Shown here piece by piece: positions 11,100 to 22,600 of a DNA stretch of 32,000 nucleotides (position 1 is the stretch's first letter; the number at the start of each line of letters is the position of its first letter). The stretch is from Mycobacterium leprae TN (GTDB taxonomy: Bacteria; Actinomycetota; Actinomycetes; Mycobacteriales; Mycobacteriaceae). The notes beneath the pieces are model-generated. The model had not been told where the DNA came from and ran no database searches. It saw only the letters and a program-made list of their open reading frames with translations. The position numbers and the translations under genes were made by a program. Where the stretch lies: contig NC_002677.1 in the NCBI RefSeq assembly GCF_000195855.1, positions 1,380,001 through 1,412,000 on the forward strand. The letters run 5' to 3'.

Positions 11100-12120
11100 C
11101 CGACATCCGGTCGATCTCGCTTGACTAGTTGTGTATTGTCGAGATCAATGACCTGATTGTCGGCAGTTATTGCAGCAAACTGTTGGTCGACGTTGGCGCA
11201 GAGCTACGTAAAGTCAAACTGTTGCAAGGTGATTTTGTTGTTTCGGTGGCTACCATCCTTGGATAGCCGGGATTTCCCGTTGTTCAGCTATCTCAACGTG
11301 GGCAGGCGCAGAATGACCTGTTGGGTGGATTCCGACCTATACCGCGCCGCACTCGCTGCCCCGAACGTTATAGTGCTCACCGAAAGCTGATCGCGGGCAG
11401 TGGCCCTGGTAATCGATCCGCAGCGGCTGCTAAGCGTCTTTCCGCAGGTGATCATAGTCATGATCTCCGATTTCGGCTGAATCGGTCTGTTCGCTGATCA
11501 CGCGGCAACCGAGTTAATGCTGCAGAGCCTGGGCCTACTCGCCTGCCGATCGATCGGGGAGTATGTGGGCGGCGTGTTAGGTGCACTGGCCGCGCGACGC
11601 CGCCTCGAGTATGGCGATCCGGGTGAGAAATCGCGACCTTGTCCAAACTCGAGGCGATCACGTTGATGCAGAGTAGCAAATAGCTGCATTCCGCAGTTGC
11701 TGCGAGTTCCTCCGGTCCGCCGCTCTCTCGAAGTACCCTACGATCGAACCGACCTGGTACGGCTAAGGTGGGATCACCATGGCCACGAAGTCCAGCCATG
11801 GCTGGACTTCGTGGCCATGGTCGACTGCCCTGAACTTGGCGGTATTCCGTAGCTGCGGTTTCAGATCAGCCGATGGGAATACCGCAACCTGATCAAGGAA
11901 CGGATTGGTCCCTGAATGGCAGAATGAATCATCTAGTAGATCGTCGGCTGGGCTAACTGTTCTGCCTACCGATCTCGGCGCAGGGGTAACGGTTACACTG
12001 CCCGAGAGACGGCCCACCTGATCGACCGCGGGGTGTTGGTTCGTAACCCTCTGGTTTTCACCAGCCGCTCCTGTCATGGTTGAGTCAAGGTGCGTATCTG
12101 CGGTGCTTGTCCGCACCACA
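11100..12120 (+). pseudogene. Decayed CaiB/BaiF (family III) CoA-transferase
   Basis: Plus-strand fragments: DIRSISLD*LCIVEINDLIVGSYCSKLLVDVGAELRKVKLLQGDF; FPLFSYLNVGRRRMTC; VDSDLYRAALAAPNVIVLTES; IDPQRLLSVFPQVIIVMISDFG*IGLFADHAATELMLQSLG; WLDFVAMVDCPEL; AHLIDRGVLVRNPL. Their order matches family III CoA-transferases; several frameshifts/stops. Confidence 0.8.
11776..11821. repeat. Perfect 46-bp palindrome with no spacer (23-bp arms)
   Basis: ACCATGGCCACGAAGTCCAGCCATGGCTGGACTTCGTGGCCATGGT equals its own reverse complement; the next outer bases (C11775/C11822) do not pair. Confidence 0.98.
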
Positions 12121-12479
12121 GCACGCTGTGCGGGCAAAGAGATATAGCCATGGTAAAATGTGGATCTACATGTAAAATGGCGGCGCAAAGATTGCATCTC
12201 GAGACAGTTGTCGTTGTCGATTTGGTTACTTTTTGGGTCGGGTCCGTTGCTATCCAGCTTCTCTGCTAGCTGTGTTCGGTGCCGACGTAGTCAAGGTAGA
12301 GTCTATCCAGTGTCTCTATAGGCATTCGCTAATTGGTCGGAATGCACACTGAAGTCGAGAACTGGTGGTAGTACGGTTAAGTATTCCATGCGATGAACTC
12401 AATTCCGTTAAGTTGGGGGAGGATGAATCGACATCAACCTTGATGGTACGCATCCAGTACACTATGATATCGGGGTTCA

Positions 12480-12880
12480 GTGCAGAACTTCCTCAACGGC
12501 GCTGGGGTGCAATGCTTCCTGATCGCGGTATCGTTTTATCTGGTCGGGATTCGTGGTGAACGCCTGCAGTCCAATAGCCAGTAGTGTGCTTGGCGGTGTT
12601 GCTGCCGGTGAAGGTGAGCACGAAGAAGAATTCTAGTTCGTTGGCGGGAAGACGGAATGGTTTTTCGTCATTCCCGGTGATGACGGCCGATGCCAGCGTC
12701 CGCCAGATGTCGTCGGATGGGTTGCGTCGCTTTTCCGCGGTGAGTTTGAGTGTGTACTCAAAGATGGTGCTGTGGAGATCGATTTCCTTCCGCCGGCTCA
12801 GCCAGGCTTCTGGCGATCGAGCCTTCAGGATTCGGTCAAAGGAATCAAAAATCTGCGGCCGGTTCTTTTCCAGCATGCCG
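12480..12880 (-). pseudogene. Second cytochrome P450 remnant (I-helix region and preceding segment)
   Basis: Minus-strand IFEYTLKLTAEKRRNPSDDIWRTLASAVITGNDEKPFRLPANELEFFFVLTFTGSNTAKH matches the P450 region up to the I-helix (A/G-G-x-D/E-T-T-x), degraded to GSNTAKH; remainder of the gene not open. Confidence 0.85.
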
Positions 12881-13857
12881 ATGCTTGACCGTCACCCAGA
12901 AGTGGTGTTGAGTGGTCACTGTAGCAAGCCGAGCGAAACCGGGTGTGAACTAGCGCCCGGAAAGCGGCCTGTTGCGTCTCAGGTCGGCAAACAAATCATC
13001 AGAAAAACTATTTATAACATAATATCGGATATATTTACTGTGACAGCGGTAATTGCCAGTCTCGATTCGTTGGAGTGTCGCACCACCACGGCGTTGATTT
13101 TCAATATTTGAAATACTAGAAATAGACTCTAGTCGTCGAACCGCTGTCAGTGGGGTGGCCCCGTTTGCGTTCGGTTGTGTGGTATACGGAGTGCACCGTG
13201 ACGTATACTGTTTTGGACTAGATTGTTGAGTCGGGCCAAGGATGCGTCAGAACGGAAGTTCGGATCGACCGGTATTGCGTTGTCGACTTACCGGTTCTCG
13301 ACGGGTTGGTTCATCGTCGGATTTTCCTCCGACTTGACCGTCGGAAGAGGAGGATAAGCAAAGATGGCGATGATTTGTCAGGAATAGCGAGTACTCGATG
13401 CGGTGACTGCTCGTGCGGCCATTCTGTATGTGACCGCTCAACAAAATGGTGTATACTTTGACGGCGATCGTGAACACTGGCTCGCCACCTTGCCGCCATT
13501 CCGGTGCTAGCTGCATCCGGAGATGGCGAGTTGTTTCGCGATCTGCGCGCTTCTTTCAACGGCGACGATGGATAGCGATTGGTGACTGTCGATCACGAAA
13601 TCACTGTCGAAGGAGTCCACGCGGTACGATGTTGTGTCGCAGCGCATACGGCGATACGACTCTGCAGGCCACAGGGGTATTTTGGGATTAACTGAATTTA
13701 CGAGCGCGGTGGCTGGTATTTCTCTTGCCGCAATTTTGCCTGGGATGCGGTACCAAGCCGTCATCCGCTCGGTCATGTGCGCAGTACCGCTACGTTGCTT
13801 GACATGAAAGGGATTTAGCGCTGCTATCCATTTCAGTTAGTACCCAAGTATTGGAAG

Positions 13858-13899
13858 CTAGAGTTGTCAGTCACAGAACTAGAGTTGTCTGTCACAGAA
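13858..13899. repeat. 2 x 21-bp direct tandem duplication with one mismatch
   Basis: CTAGAGTTGTCAGTCACAGAA / CTAGAGTTGTCTGTCACAGAA, adjacent. Confidence 0.95.
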
Positions 13900-15290
13900 G
13901 GTGTCCACCCCGACCAGGAGTACGGTACTTGGCTCATGGCTGGCCACCTCGACGCTGCCGAGATCGTTCAGTCATTTGCCTTTCTGAGGATATTCAATTA
14001 AGAATCGGCCCGGTGGTACCGATAGTCGCCGGTTTCTATACGATGGTGCTATTTTATCTACAGACCGGTGATTACGGCACCTATAAAGGATTATGGCATA
14101 CCGCAGGCCACCCTGAATGCGGACATACAGCGCAATTTGGCTACCATCGTATGGCTGCCTAGGTCTTGAATATCAAAGCGGAGCCAGAGCTGCGTCGTGG
14201 GCTGTCCACTGCGACGGTGACGAACATTACTTCCTTGTTCCTGCCAAGTTGATCTAGTCGGTATTAGCCGGGCGGGTTGATCCATGCAACTGGACCTGAC
14301 CGTAACATCAACTCGAGCATCGACACCAGTGTGTGCGTCTATTTATCACGGGAAGATCGTCTGCTTCGGCCAAAAATACACCTACTCCATATGTTCAGAC
14401 CGGATGGACAATGACCCGGACGTTGCGCTGGGGTGAAGTGATCGAGTAGGTCAGCAGCACCGATGAGCATGTAGACCGGCAATGGTTTCCGAAATATGTG
14501 TGCGGCGTGGAAACCAGGGGAGGCTCGCGGGCTCGGTCTCAAGAATGGCGCGCGATCAATTTCGATAGCGGCGTCTACCCCAGTATTTGGCAGCATTCTA
14601 CCGCACCAACAGTAATGCGTTGCAAGCATTCTCCGGCGTGATGCTGAGATACCCGAACCTAGCTCATGGTATTAAGTAACCGTCTGAATGTGCCGAAGAC
14701 ATCCAGGTCATGGTGAGCAGCTACGTGCGATGGCCAGACGCTGTGCGGCCCTTGGTGTACCCGATTGCGCCGGTTAGATATATGTTCGATTATCATCGGA
14801 TGACTTGCTGCGCACTGCAACTGTGGACATTCTTAGGAGAGTTTTTGGTTGCTGCTCCAGCGCATGGCCTGCCGATCGAATATGTGGACCGTGGGACGCT
14901 GTGGGGCAATCCGGTGAGTGGCTTCGCTTGCTAAGAGCGCTCATTGGCGCTGTATCGGGATTGGGGTCTGATCGATGTGTTGGCTACGACCGTCCCTAAC
15001 GTCGCACTAGCTTACTCAGACCTGAAGATCACAGTGGATCAGGTTGTGCCGTTGTCAGTTTGAGCTCGTTGCTATGCGGTGCGTGAGAGGTTGATGAAGG
15101 TGGTTCCCAACCAAAAGTACTAGATAGCAAAGATTCTCCACGATCTGCTCTCCATACTATCGGAGGACGGGTCGCCCGACAGAAATACCGGCAGCATCAT
15201 GACGTTCGGATATGATTATGTCAATATGACAAATATGTGACTGGTGGTTTTGACGTGATTCTTTGGTGTTTCTGACATATCCTGTGACAT

Positions 15291-16010
15291 ATGTCGGTTT
15301 CTCGGCGTGACGTCCTTAAATTCGCTACCGTGACACCGGGCCTGTTAGGTCTAGGTGTCGCTGCCGCGGCGTTGTGCGCCGTACCGGCATCGACGGCAGG
15401 TTCACTTGGCACCTTGTTGGACTACGCGGCCGGAGTCATCCCCGCCAGCCAGATCAGGGCCACCGGCGCGGTGGGGGCAATCCGATACGTGTCCGATCCT
15501 CGGGGTACCTGGGCGGTTGGCAAGCCGATTCAGGTCACTGAGGCGCGTGACCTCATCAATAACGGGCTAAAAATTGTTTCCTGCTATCAATATGGCAAGG
15601 GCAATACCGCAGACTGGCTGGGCGGTGCCACTGCCGGCCTCCGGCACGCCCAGCGCGGAGTGCAGTTACACACTGCCGCTGGTGGTCCCGTCAGTGCACC
15701 TATTTACGCTTCGATCGACTCTAATCCCACGTATGAGCAGTACAAACAGCAGGTTGCTCCGTATCTGCGGTCCTGGGAATCGGTGATCGGGCACCAGCGC
15801 ACGGGCGTCTATGCTAATTCGAGGACGATCGCCTGGGCCCTGCAAGACGGCTTGGCCTCGTATTTCTGGCAGCACAACTGGGGCTCCCCTAAGGGCTACA
15901 CTCATCCGGCTGCGAATTTGCACCAGGTCGAGATTGACAGGCGCACCGTTGGTGGGGTTGGGGTTGACGTCAACACAATCCTCAAGCCCCAATTCGGGCA
16001 GTGGGCTTAA
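15291..16010 (+). CDS. Tat-exported glycoside-hydrolase-like DUF1906 protein, orthologue of M. tuberculosis Rv2525c
   Basis: N-terminus MSVSRRDVLKFATVTPGLLGLGVAAAALCAVPASTAG (twin-arginine SRRDVLKF plus hydrophobic core, A-x-A-like cleavage region); body strongly resembles remembered Rv2525c (YAAGVIPASQIRATGAVGAIRYVSD...SYFWQHNWGSPKGYTHPAANLHQVEID...GVDVN). 239 aa, immediately upstream of fas. Confidence 0.94.
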   Translation: MSVSRRDVLKFATVTPGLLGLGVAAAALCAVPASTAGSLGTLLDYAAGVIPASQIRATGAVGAIRYVSDPRGTWAVGKPIQVTEARDLINNGLKIVSCYQYGKGNTADWLGGATAGLRHAQRGVQLHTAAGGPVSAPIYASIDSNPTYEQYKQQVAPYLRSWESVIGHQRTGVYANSRTIAWALQDGLASYFWQHNWGSPKGYTHPAANLHQVEIDRRTVGGVGVDVNTILKPQFGQWA

Positions 16011-16621
16011 GCCGGTCTGGGGCTACTGGCGCGTTGAACGGCCTTGCCTGACGCCGGTGCCTGTGCACTCCGGCAAACACTTGTTTTCGTTCGGTGCACG
16101 GGACTGTAGACTTGTAAAGATGCGTGGTGGTACGTACCTCGCCTCTGTAGCCTCACTATCAAAAATTATTTATATAAACTAGCCTCACTGTAATTTATAT
16201 AACAGTATGAAGTATTCCATAACAATCTTGCCTCGATCAATGCAGTTATAGCTACTTGACCGTAACCACCTACACGCAGGATGTTTGTCCGCAGCATCCG
16301 TGCTCGCGGTTTGACCCGGCGTTACTTACAACATGGCTACCCCTATATAGGATATAGAACTCGCTAGTAACCACTCGGCGTGCAAGAAGGGCACGTTTTT
16401 GTTACACCTTATGTTTTCTCTTATGAAATCCTTGTTGCAGCCGATGCAGTCTGCCGCGCGGCTCGGTCCACGGCCGGTGCACCAAACACACACCGGTCAG
16501 CTGACTTTCGGTCTGCGGTTTAACGTGGAATCGACCGGAAACTGACTGGGCTTCGCACGGCAGTCCAGGCGGCCTGGCGAACAGACACCTTATTAAAGAC
16601 GCACACAGGGAGATATAGAGC

Positions 16622-19600
16622 GTGACGATCCACGAGCACGACCAAGTGTCCGCTGATCGCAACGGAAATAGCCTACATGGCTCCCGTGCTCTGGCGGATC
16701 GGCTAAAGGCCGGAGAACCGTACGTCGTCGCGTTCGGTGGCCAAGGCAGCGCCTGGCTAGAGACCCTGGAAGAACTCGTGTCCTCGGCTGGGCTCGAAGC
16801 CGACTTGGCAACGTTGGTTTGTGAGGTCGAATTGCTACTCGAACCGGTCGCCAAAGAGCTGGTTGTGGTGCGTCCGATCGGTTTCGAGCCGCTGCAGTGG
16901 GTACGCGCGCTGTTGGCCGAAGACTTGGTACCGTCCGACAAGCACCTGACGTCGGCTGCGGTGTCGGTACCCGGCGTGCTGCTCACCCAGATCGCGGTCG
17001 GGCGCGCTCTGGCACGGCAGGGCATGGACCTTATCGCGACACCCCCGGTGGGGATTGTGGGGCATTCCCAGGGGGTGCTCGCTGTCGAGGCGTTGAAGGC
17101 CGGGGGGGCACGCGACGCTGAGCTATTGGCAATGGCCCAGCTGATTGGTGCTGCCGGAACGTTGGTGGCCCGCCGCCGCGGCATTTCCGTCCTCGGCGAC
17201 CGTCCGCCGATGGTGTCGGTCACCAACGCTGACCCCGAGCGGATTCGCCGGCTGCTCGATGAGTTCGCACAGGATGTTCGCACTGTGCTACCCCCGGTGC
17301 TGTCCATTCGCAACGGGTGGCGTTCGGTTGTTATTACCGGCACTCCCGAACAGCTGTCGCGATTCGAGCGTTACTGCCGGCAGATCTCCGACAAGGAGGA
17401 GGAGGATCGCAGGAAAAAGATCCGCGGTGGTGATATTTTTGCGCCGGTCTTCGATCCGGTGCAGGTAGAGATAGGCTTCCACACGCCACATCTGGCCGAC
17501 GGTATTGGCATCGTCGGAGGCTGGGCCGAGAAAGTCGGCCTCGATGTCACGTTGGCCCGGGAACTGACTGAGGCCATCCTGGTGCGCGGCGTCGACTGGG
17601 TGCGCGAGATTACCCGGGTACATGGTGCTGGCGTTCGGTGGATTATCGATCTGGGTCCTGGCGACATTCTGACCCGGCTGACTGCGCCGGTGATTCGCGG
17701 CCTCGGTGTGGGCATTGTGCCCGTTGCAAATCGAGGTGGTCAGCGCACCCTCTTCACCGTCGGGGCCGTTCCTGAGGTGGTTCGCGCTTGGTTGAGCTAC
17801 GCCCCAACCGTAGTCCAACTTCCCGACGGCAGGATCAAGCTCTCGACGAAGTTTACCCGGCTGACTGGGCGTTCGCCGATTCTGCTCGCGGGCATGACCC
17901 CGACCACCGTCGATGCCAACATTGTGGCTGCTGCGGCCAACGCCGGGCACTGGGCCGAACTGGCCGGTGGTGGGCAGGTCACGGAAGAAATTTTCGCCAA
18001 CCGCGTCGAGCAACTGTCCGGACTGCTCGAGCCTGGACGCACCTATCAGTTCAACGCGTTGTTTCTTGACCCGTACCTGTGGAAGCTGCAAGTTGGCGGC
18101 AAGCGGTTGGTGCAGAAAGCCCGGCAGTCTGGCGCAGCGATCGACGGTGTGGTGATAAGCGGCGGTATTTTAGATTTGGAAGATGCCGTCGAGTTGATCG
18201 AGGAACTGGGTGGCATCGGCATCAGCTATGTCGTGTTCAAACCCGGCACCATTGAGCAGATACGCTCGGTGATTCGTATCGCGACCGAGATGTCCACCAA
18301 GCCGGTGATCATGCATGTCGAGGGTGGGCGTGCAGGCGGTCATCATTCCTGGGAAGACCTCGATGACCTGCTACTTGCCACCTATTCGGAGTTGCGCTCA
18401 CATGCCAACATTACTGTTTGCGTCGGCGGTGGCATTGGCACTCCCGAAAAGGCGGCGGAGTACTTGTCCGGACGTTGGGCGCAAGCGTACGGCTTCCCGT
18501 TGATGCCGATCGACGGTATCCTGGTCGGCACCGCGGCGATGGCTACCAAGGAGGCCACTACCTCGCCATCGGTTAAGCGGATGCTAGTCGAAACGCAAGG
18601 GACCGACCAGTGGATCGGCTCCGGAAAGGCCCAGGGCGGCATGGCTTCCAGCCGTAGCCAGCTCGGTGCCGACATCCACGAGATTGACAACGCTGCCTCG
18701 CGTTGTGGTCGACTACTTGACGAGGTCGCTGGCGATGCTGAGGCGGTCGCAGAACGTCGTGACGAGATCATCGCGGCGATGGCCAACACCGCTAAACCTT
18801 ATTTTGGCGACGTTTCAGAGATGACCTACCTGCAGTGGTTGCAGCGCTACGTTGAGTTGACGATCGGCGAGGGTAACTCGACCGCCGACACTGCGTCACC
18901 GGGCAGCCCATGGCTGGCCGATACCTGGCGTGACCGGTTCCAGAAAATGTTGCAAAGAGCTGAATCACGTTTGCATCCAAGTGATTTCGGTCTGATTAAG
19001 ACAATTTTTACCGATCCTGTGTTACTAGAGAAACCCAACCAGGCTATCGCCGCTCTGCTGAAGTACTACCCAGACGCCGAAACCGTCCAGCTGCACCCGG
19101 CGGATGCGCCTTTCTTCGTCATGCTATGCCAGATGCTGGGCAAGCCGGTCAACTTCGTGCCGGTCATCGACAAGGATGTGCGGCGTTGGTGGCGTAGTGA
19201 CTCGCTGTGGCAGGCGCATGATGCTCGCTATGACGCCGACCAGGTGTGCATCATCCCCGGCATTGCAGCGGTGGCCGGTATTACACAGATGGACGAACCC
19301 GTTGGTGAGTTGCTGGACCGCTTCGAACAGGCCGCCATCGACGAGGTACTCGCCGGCGGAGCGGAGCCGGTGGTGGTTATGTCGCGCCGGTTGGGCCGTG
19401 CCGATGTGGCCGGACCTCTGGCCGTGGTGCTTGACGCACCCGATGTGCTGTGGGCCGGGCGCATCGCTACCAACCCGGTTCATCGGATCGCCGATCCGAA
19501 TGAGTGGCAGGTTAATGGAAACCTCAGTGCGACACACTCATCCACCGGTGCCCAGTTGCAGGTAAAGTCCGAAGACCAGCAGGTAGTTCTCAGCGTCCCG

Positions 19601-22600
19601 GTGTCGAACGGTTGGATCGACATCCCGTTTACGTTGCCTACCAACACCGTTGACGGCGGTGCCTTGCTGGTATCCACCGAGGATGCCACCAGTGCCATGC
19701 GCGCAGTGCTGGCAATCGTCGCTGGTGTTGACGGGCCGGAGTTGCTGTCCCCGGTTAAAGACGGAACTGCTATAGTCACAGTGGACTGGAATCCTGAGCG
19801 GGTTGCTGATCACACCGGGGTCACGGCCACCTTCCGGGAGCCGCTGGCTCCCAGTCTCGCCACTGTGCCCGACGCATTGGTCGGTGCATGCTGGCCCGCG
19901 GTTTTCTCGGCCATCGGCTCCGCAGTTACCGAAGCCGGTGTTTTGGTGGTGGAGGGCCTGCTGAATCTACTGCACCTGGACCACGCTGTCTGTGTTGTTG
20001 GCAAGTTGCCAACAGTTCCAGCCCAATTGACAGTAACCGCAACGGTTTCTTTGGCCATCGATACAGACATGGGCCGTGTCGTGCCCGTCTCGGTGACCAT
20101 TAGAGACACAACCGGAGCCGACGGCGCTGTGCTTGCCACTCTCGAGGAGCGGTTTGTGATCCTCGGACGCACCGGCACCGCGGAACTCACCGGCCCGGTT
20201 CGGGCTGGTGGAGCAATATCTGAGAACGCGACCGACACTCCGCGCCGACGGCGTCGTGACGTCACCCTTACCGCACCGATTGATATGCGTCCGTTCGCAG
20301 TGGTGTCCGGTGACCACAATCCCATTCACACCGACCGGACTGCTGCGCTGTTGGCAGGCTTGGAATCGCCGATCGTGCACGGCATGTGGTTGTCGGCTGC
20401 AGCTCAGCACGTGGTAATGGCTACCGACGGACAAGCTCGACCGGCGGCGCGATTGATCGGGTGGACTGCACGATTCCTGGGTATGGCCCATCCTGGCGAC
20501 AAGGTCGACTTTCGTGTCGACCGCATTGGAATCGACCAGGGAGCAGAGATTTTAGAGGTTAGCGCGCGCATCAGTTCGGGTCTGGTGATGTCGGCTACCG
20601 CACGGCTGGCCGCGCCCAAGACTGTCTACGCGTTCCCCGGCCAGGGTATCCAGCATAAAGGTATGGGCATGGATGTTCGGGCTCGTTCCAAGGCGGCCCG
20701 CAGGGTGTGGGACGATGCTGACAAATTTACTCGTAGCGGGCTTGGGTTTTCGGTCCTGCACGTGGTGCGTGACAACCCGACCAATATCACCGCCAACGGT
20801 GTACATTACCACCATCCCGATGGGGTGTTGTACCTCACACAGTTCACCCAAGTTGCGATGGCTACGGTGGCGGTCGCGCAGGTTGCTGAGATGCGTGAAC
20901 AGGGTGCTTTTGTCGAAGGTGCTATCGCCTGCGGCCATTCCGTCGGCGAATATACGGCATTGGCCTGTGTCATGGGAGTCTATGAGCTAGAAGCCTTGCT
21001 AGAGACTGTGTTTCACCGCGGGTCGAAGATGCACGACATCGTGTTGCGCGACGAACTGGGCCGTTCTAACTACCGGTTGGCGGCGATCCGACCCTCGCAG
21101 ATCGGCCTGCCCGATGATGAGGTTCCCGCGTTTGTCAGAGGAATCGCCGAAAGCACTGGTGAATTCCTGGAGATCGTGAACTTCAACCTGCGTGGCTCGC
21201 AGTACGCGATTGCCGGCACGGTCCACGGCCTGGAAGCATTGGAAGCCGAAGTGGAGCGGCGCCGTGAGCTCACCGGCGGTCGGCGCTCATTCATCTTGGT
21301 GCCTGGCATCGACGTGCCATTCCACTCGCGGGTGCTACGGGTCGGCGTGGCAGAATTCCGCCGTTCGCTGGACCGCGTCCTGCCGCAGGATCAAGATCCC
21401 GACTGGATCATTGGGCGCTACATCCCCAACCTAGTGCCACGGCCGTTCACACTGGCTCGCGACTTCATCCAGGAGATCCGGGATCTGGTACCTGCCGAGC
21501 CACTCGACGATATCCTCGCCGACTATGATACCTGGCGCCGTGAGCGCCCGAGTGAGATGGCGCGGCGGGTGTTAATCGAGCTGTTGGCTTGGCAATTCGC
21601 CAGCCCCGTGCGCTGGATCGAAACGCAGGATCTGTTGTTCACCGAAGAGGCCGCTGGCGGCCTCGGCGTGGAGCGGTTCGTCGAGATCGGTGTGAAGTCG
21701 GCGCCGACCGTTGCTGGGCTCGCTACCGATACCCTTAAACTTCCTGAATATTCCCACAACACAGTCGAAGTGCTCAACGTCGAGCGTGACGCCGCGGTGC
21801 TGTTCGCCACTGACACCGATCCCGAGCTAGAGCCGGAGCCAGAAAACGTATCGGACGCTTCCGCCGCTTTACCGGCAGAAAGCGCGTTAGCGCTGGGAAC
21901 TGTTGCGCCTGCTCCGGTGGTGCCGTCGGGTCCTCGGCCGGAGGACATTTCGTTCGGCGCCGCCGACGCTACATTGGCGTTGATCGCGCTGTCGGCCAAG
22001 ATGCGCCTCGACCAGATTGAGGAGATGGACTCGATCGAGTCCATCACTGATGGCGCGTCGTCGCGGCGTAACCAGCTGCTGGTAGACTTGGGTTCTGAGT
22101 TGAGCCTGGGCGCCATCGATGGCGTCGCCGAGGCGGATCTAGCCGGGCTGCGGTCGCAGGTGACTAAGTTAGCGCGCACCTATAAGCCTTACGGTCCAGT
22201 GCTTTCTGAATTGATTAATGATCAGCTGCGCTCGGCTCTAGGGCCCTCGGGCAAGCGGCCCGGCGTCATCGCCGAGCGGGTCAAGAAGATTTGGGAGCTC
22301 GGCGATGGTTGGGTTAAGCACGTAACGGTCGAGATTGCGCTGGGAACTCGTGAGGGCACCAGTGTTCGTGGGGGACCCCTGGGCAACCTGAACGAGGGTG
22401 CGTTGGCCGATGTCGACTCCGTTGACAAGGCCGTTGACGCGGCGGTCGCTTCGGTCGCTGCGCGGCATGGCGTTGTGGTGGCCCTGCCGTCCGCGGGCAG
22501 TGGAGGAAGTGCGACCGTCGACGTTGCAGCATTGAGCGAATTCACCGATCAGATCACCGGACACGACGGCGTGCTCGCTTCGGCGGCCCGTTTGGTATTG

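Noticed and set aside
11763-12197. 144-aa minus-strand ORF near the palindrome
   Set aside because: Overlaps the plus-strand CoA-transferase remnant; the shared 'VQPWLDFVAMV' string on both strands is simply a consequence of the palindrome.
14339-14999. ORFs of 96 aa (-) and 74 aa (+) such as MVSSYVRWPDAVRPLVYPIAPVRYMFDYHRM
   Set aside because: May be a pseudogene remnant, but no family could be recognised with confidence.
16165-16210. AT-rich stretch with TTTATATA and TTATATATAA near the end of the DUF1906 gene
   Set aside because: Short and imperfect; could be a promoter or hairpin, but there is no consistent -10/-35 spacing or long perfect stem to support a call.
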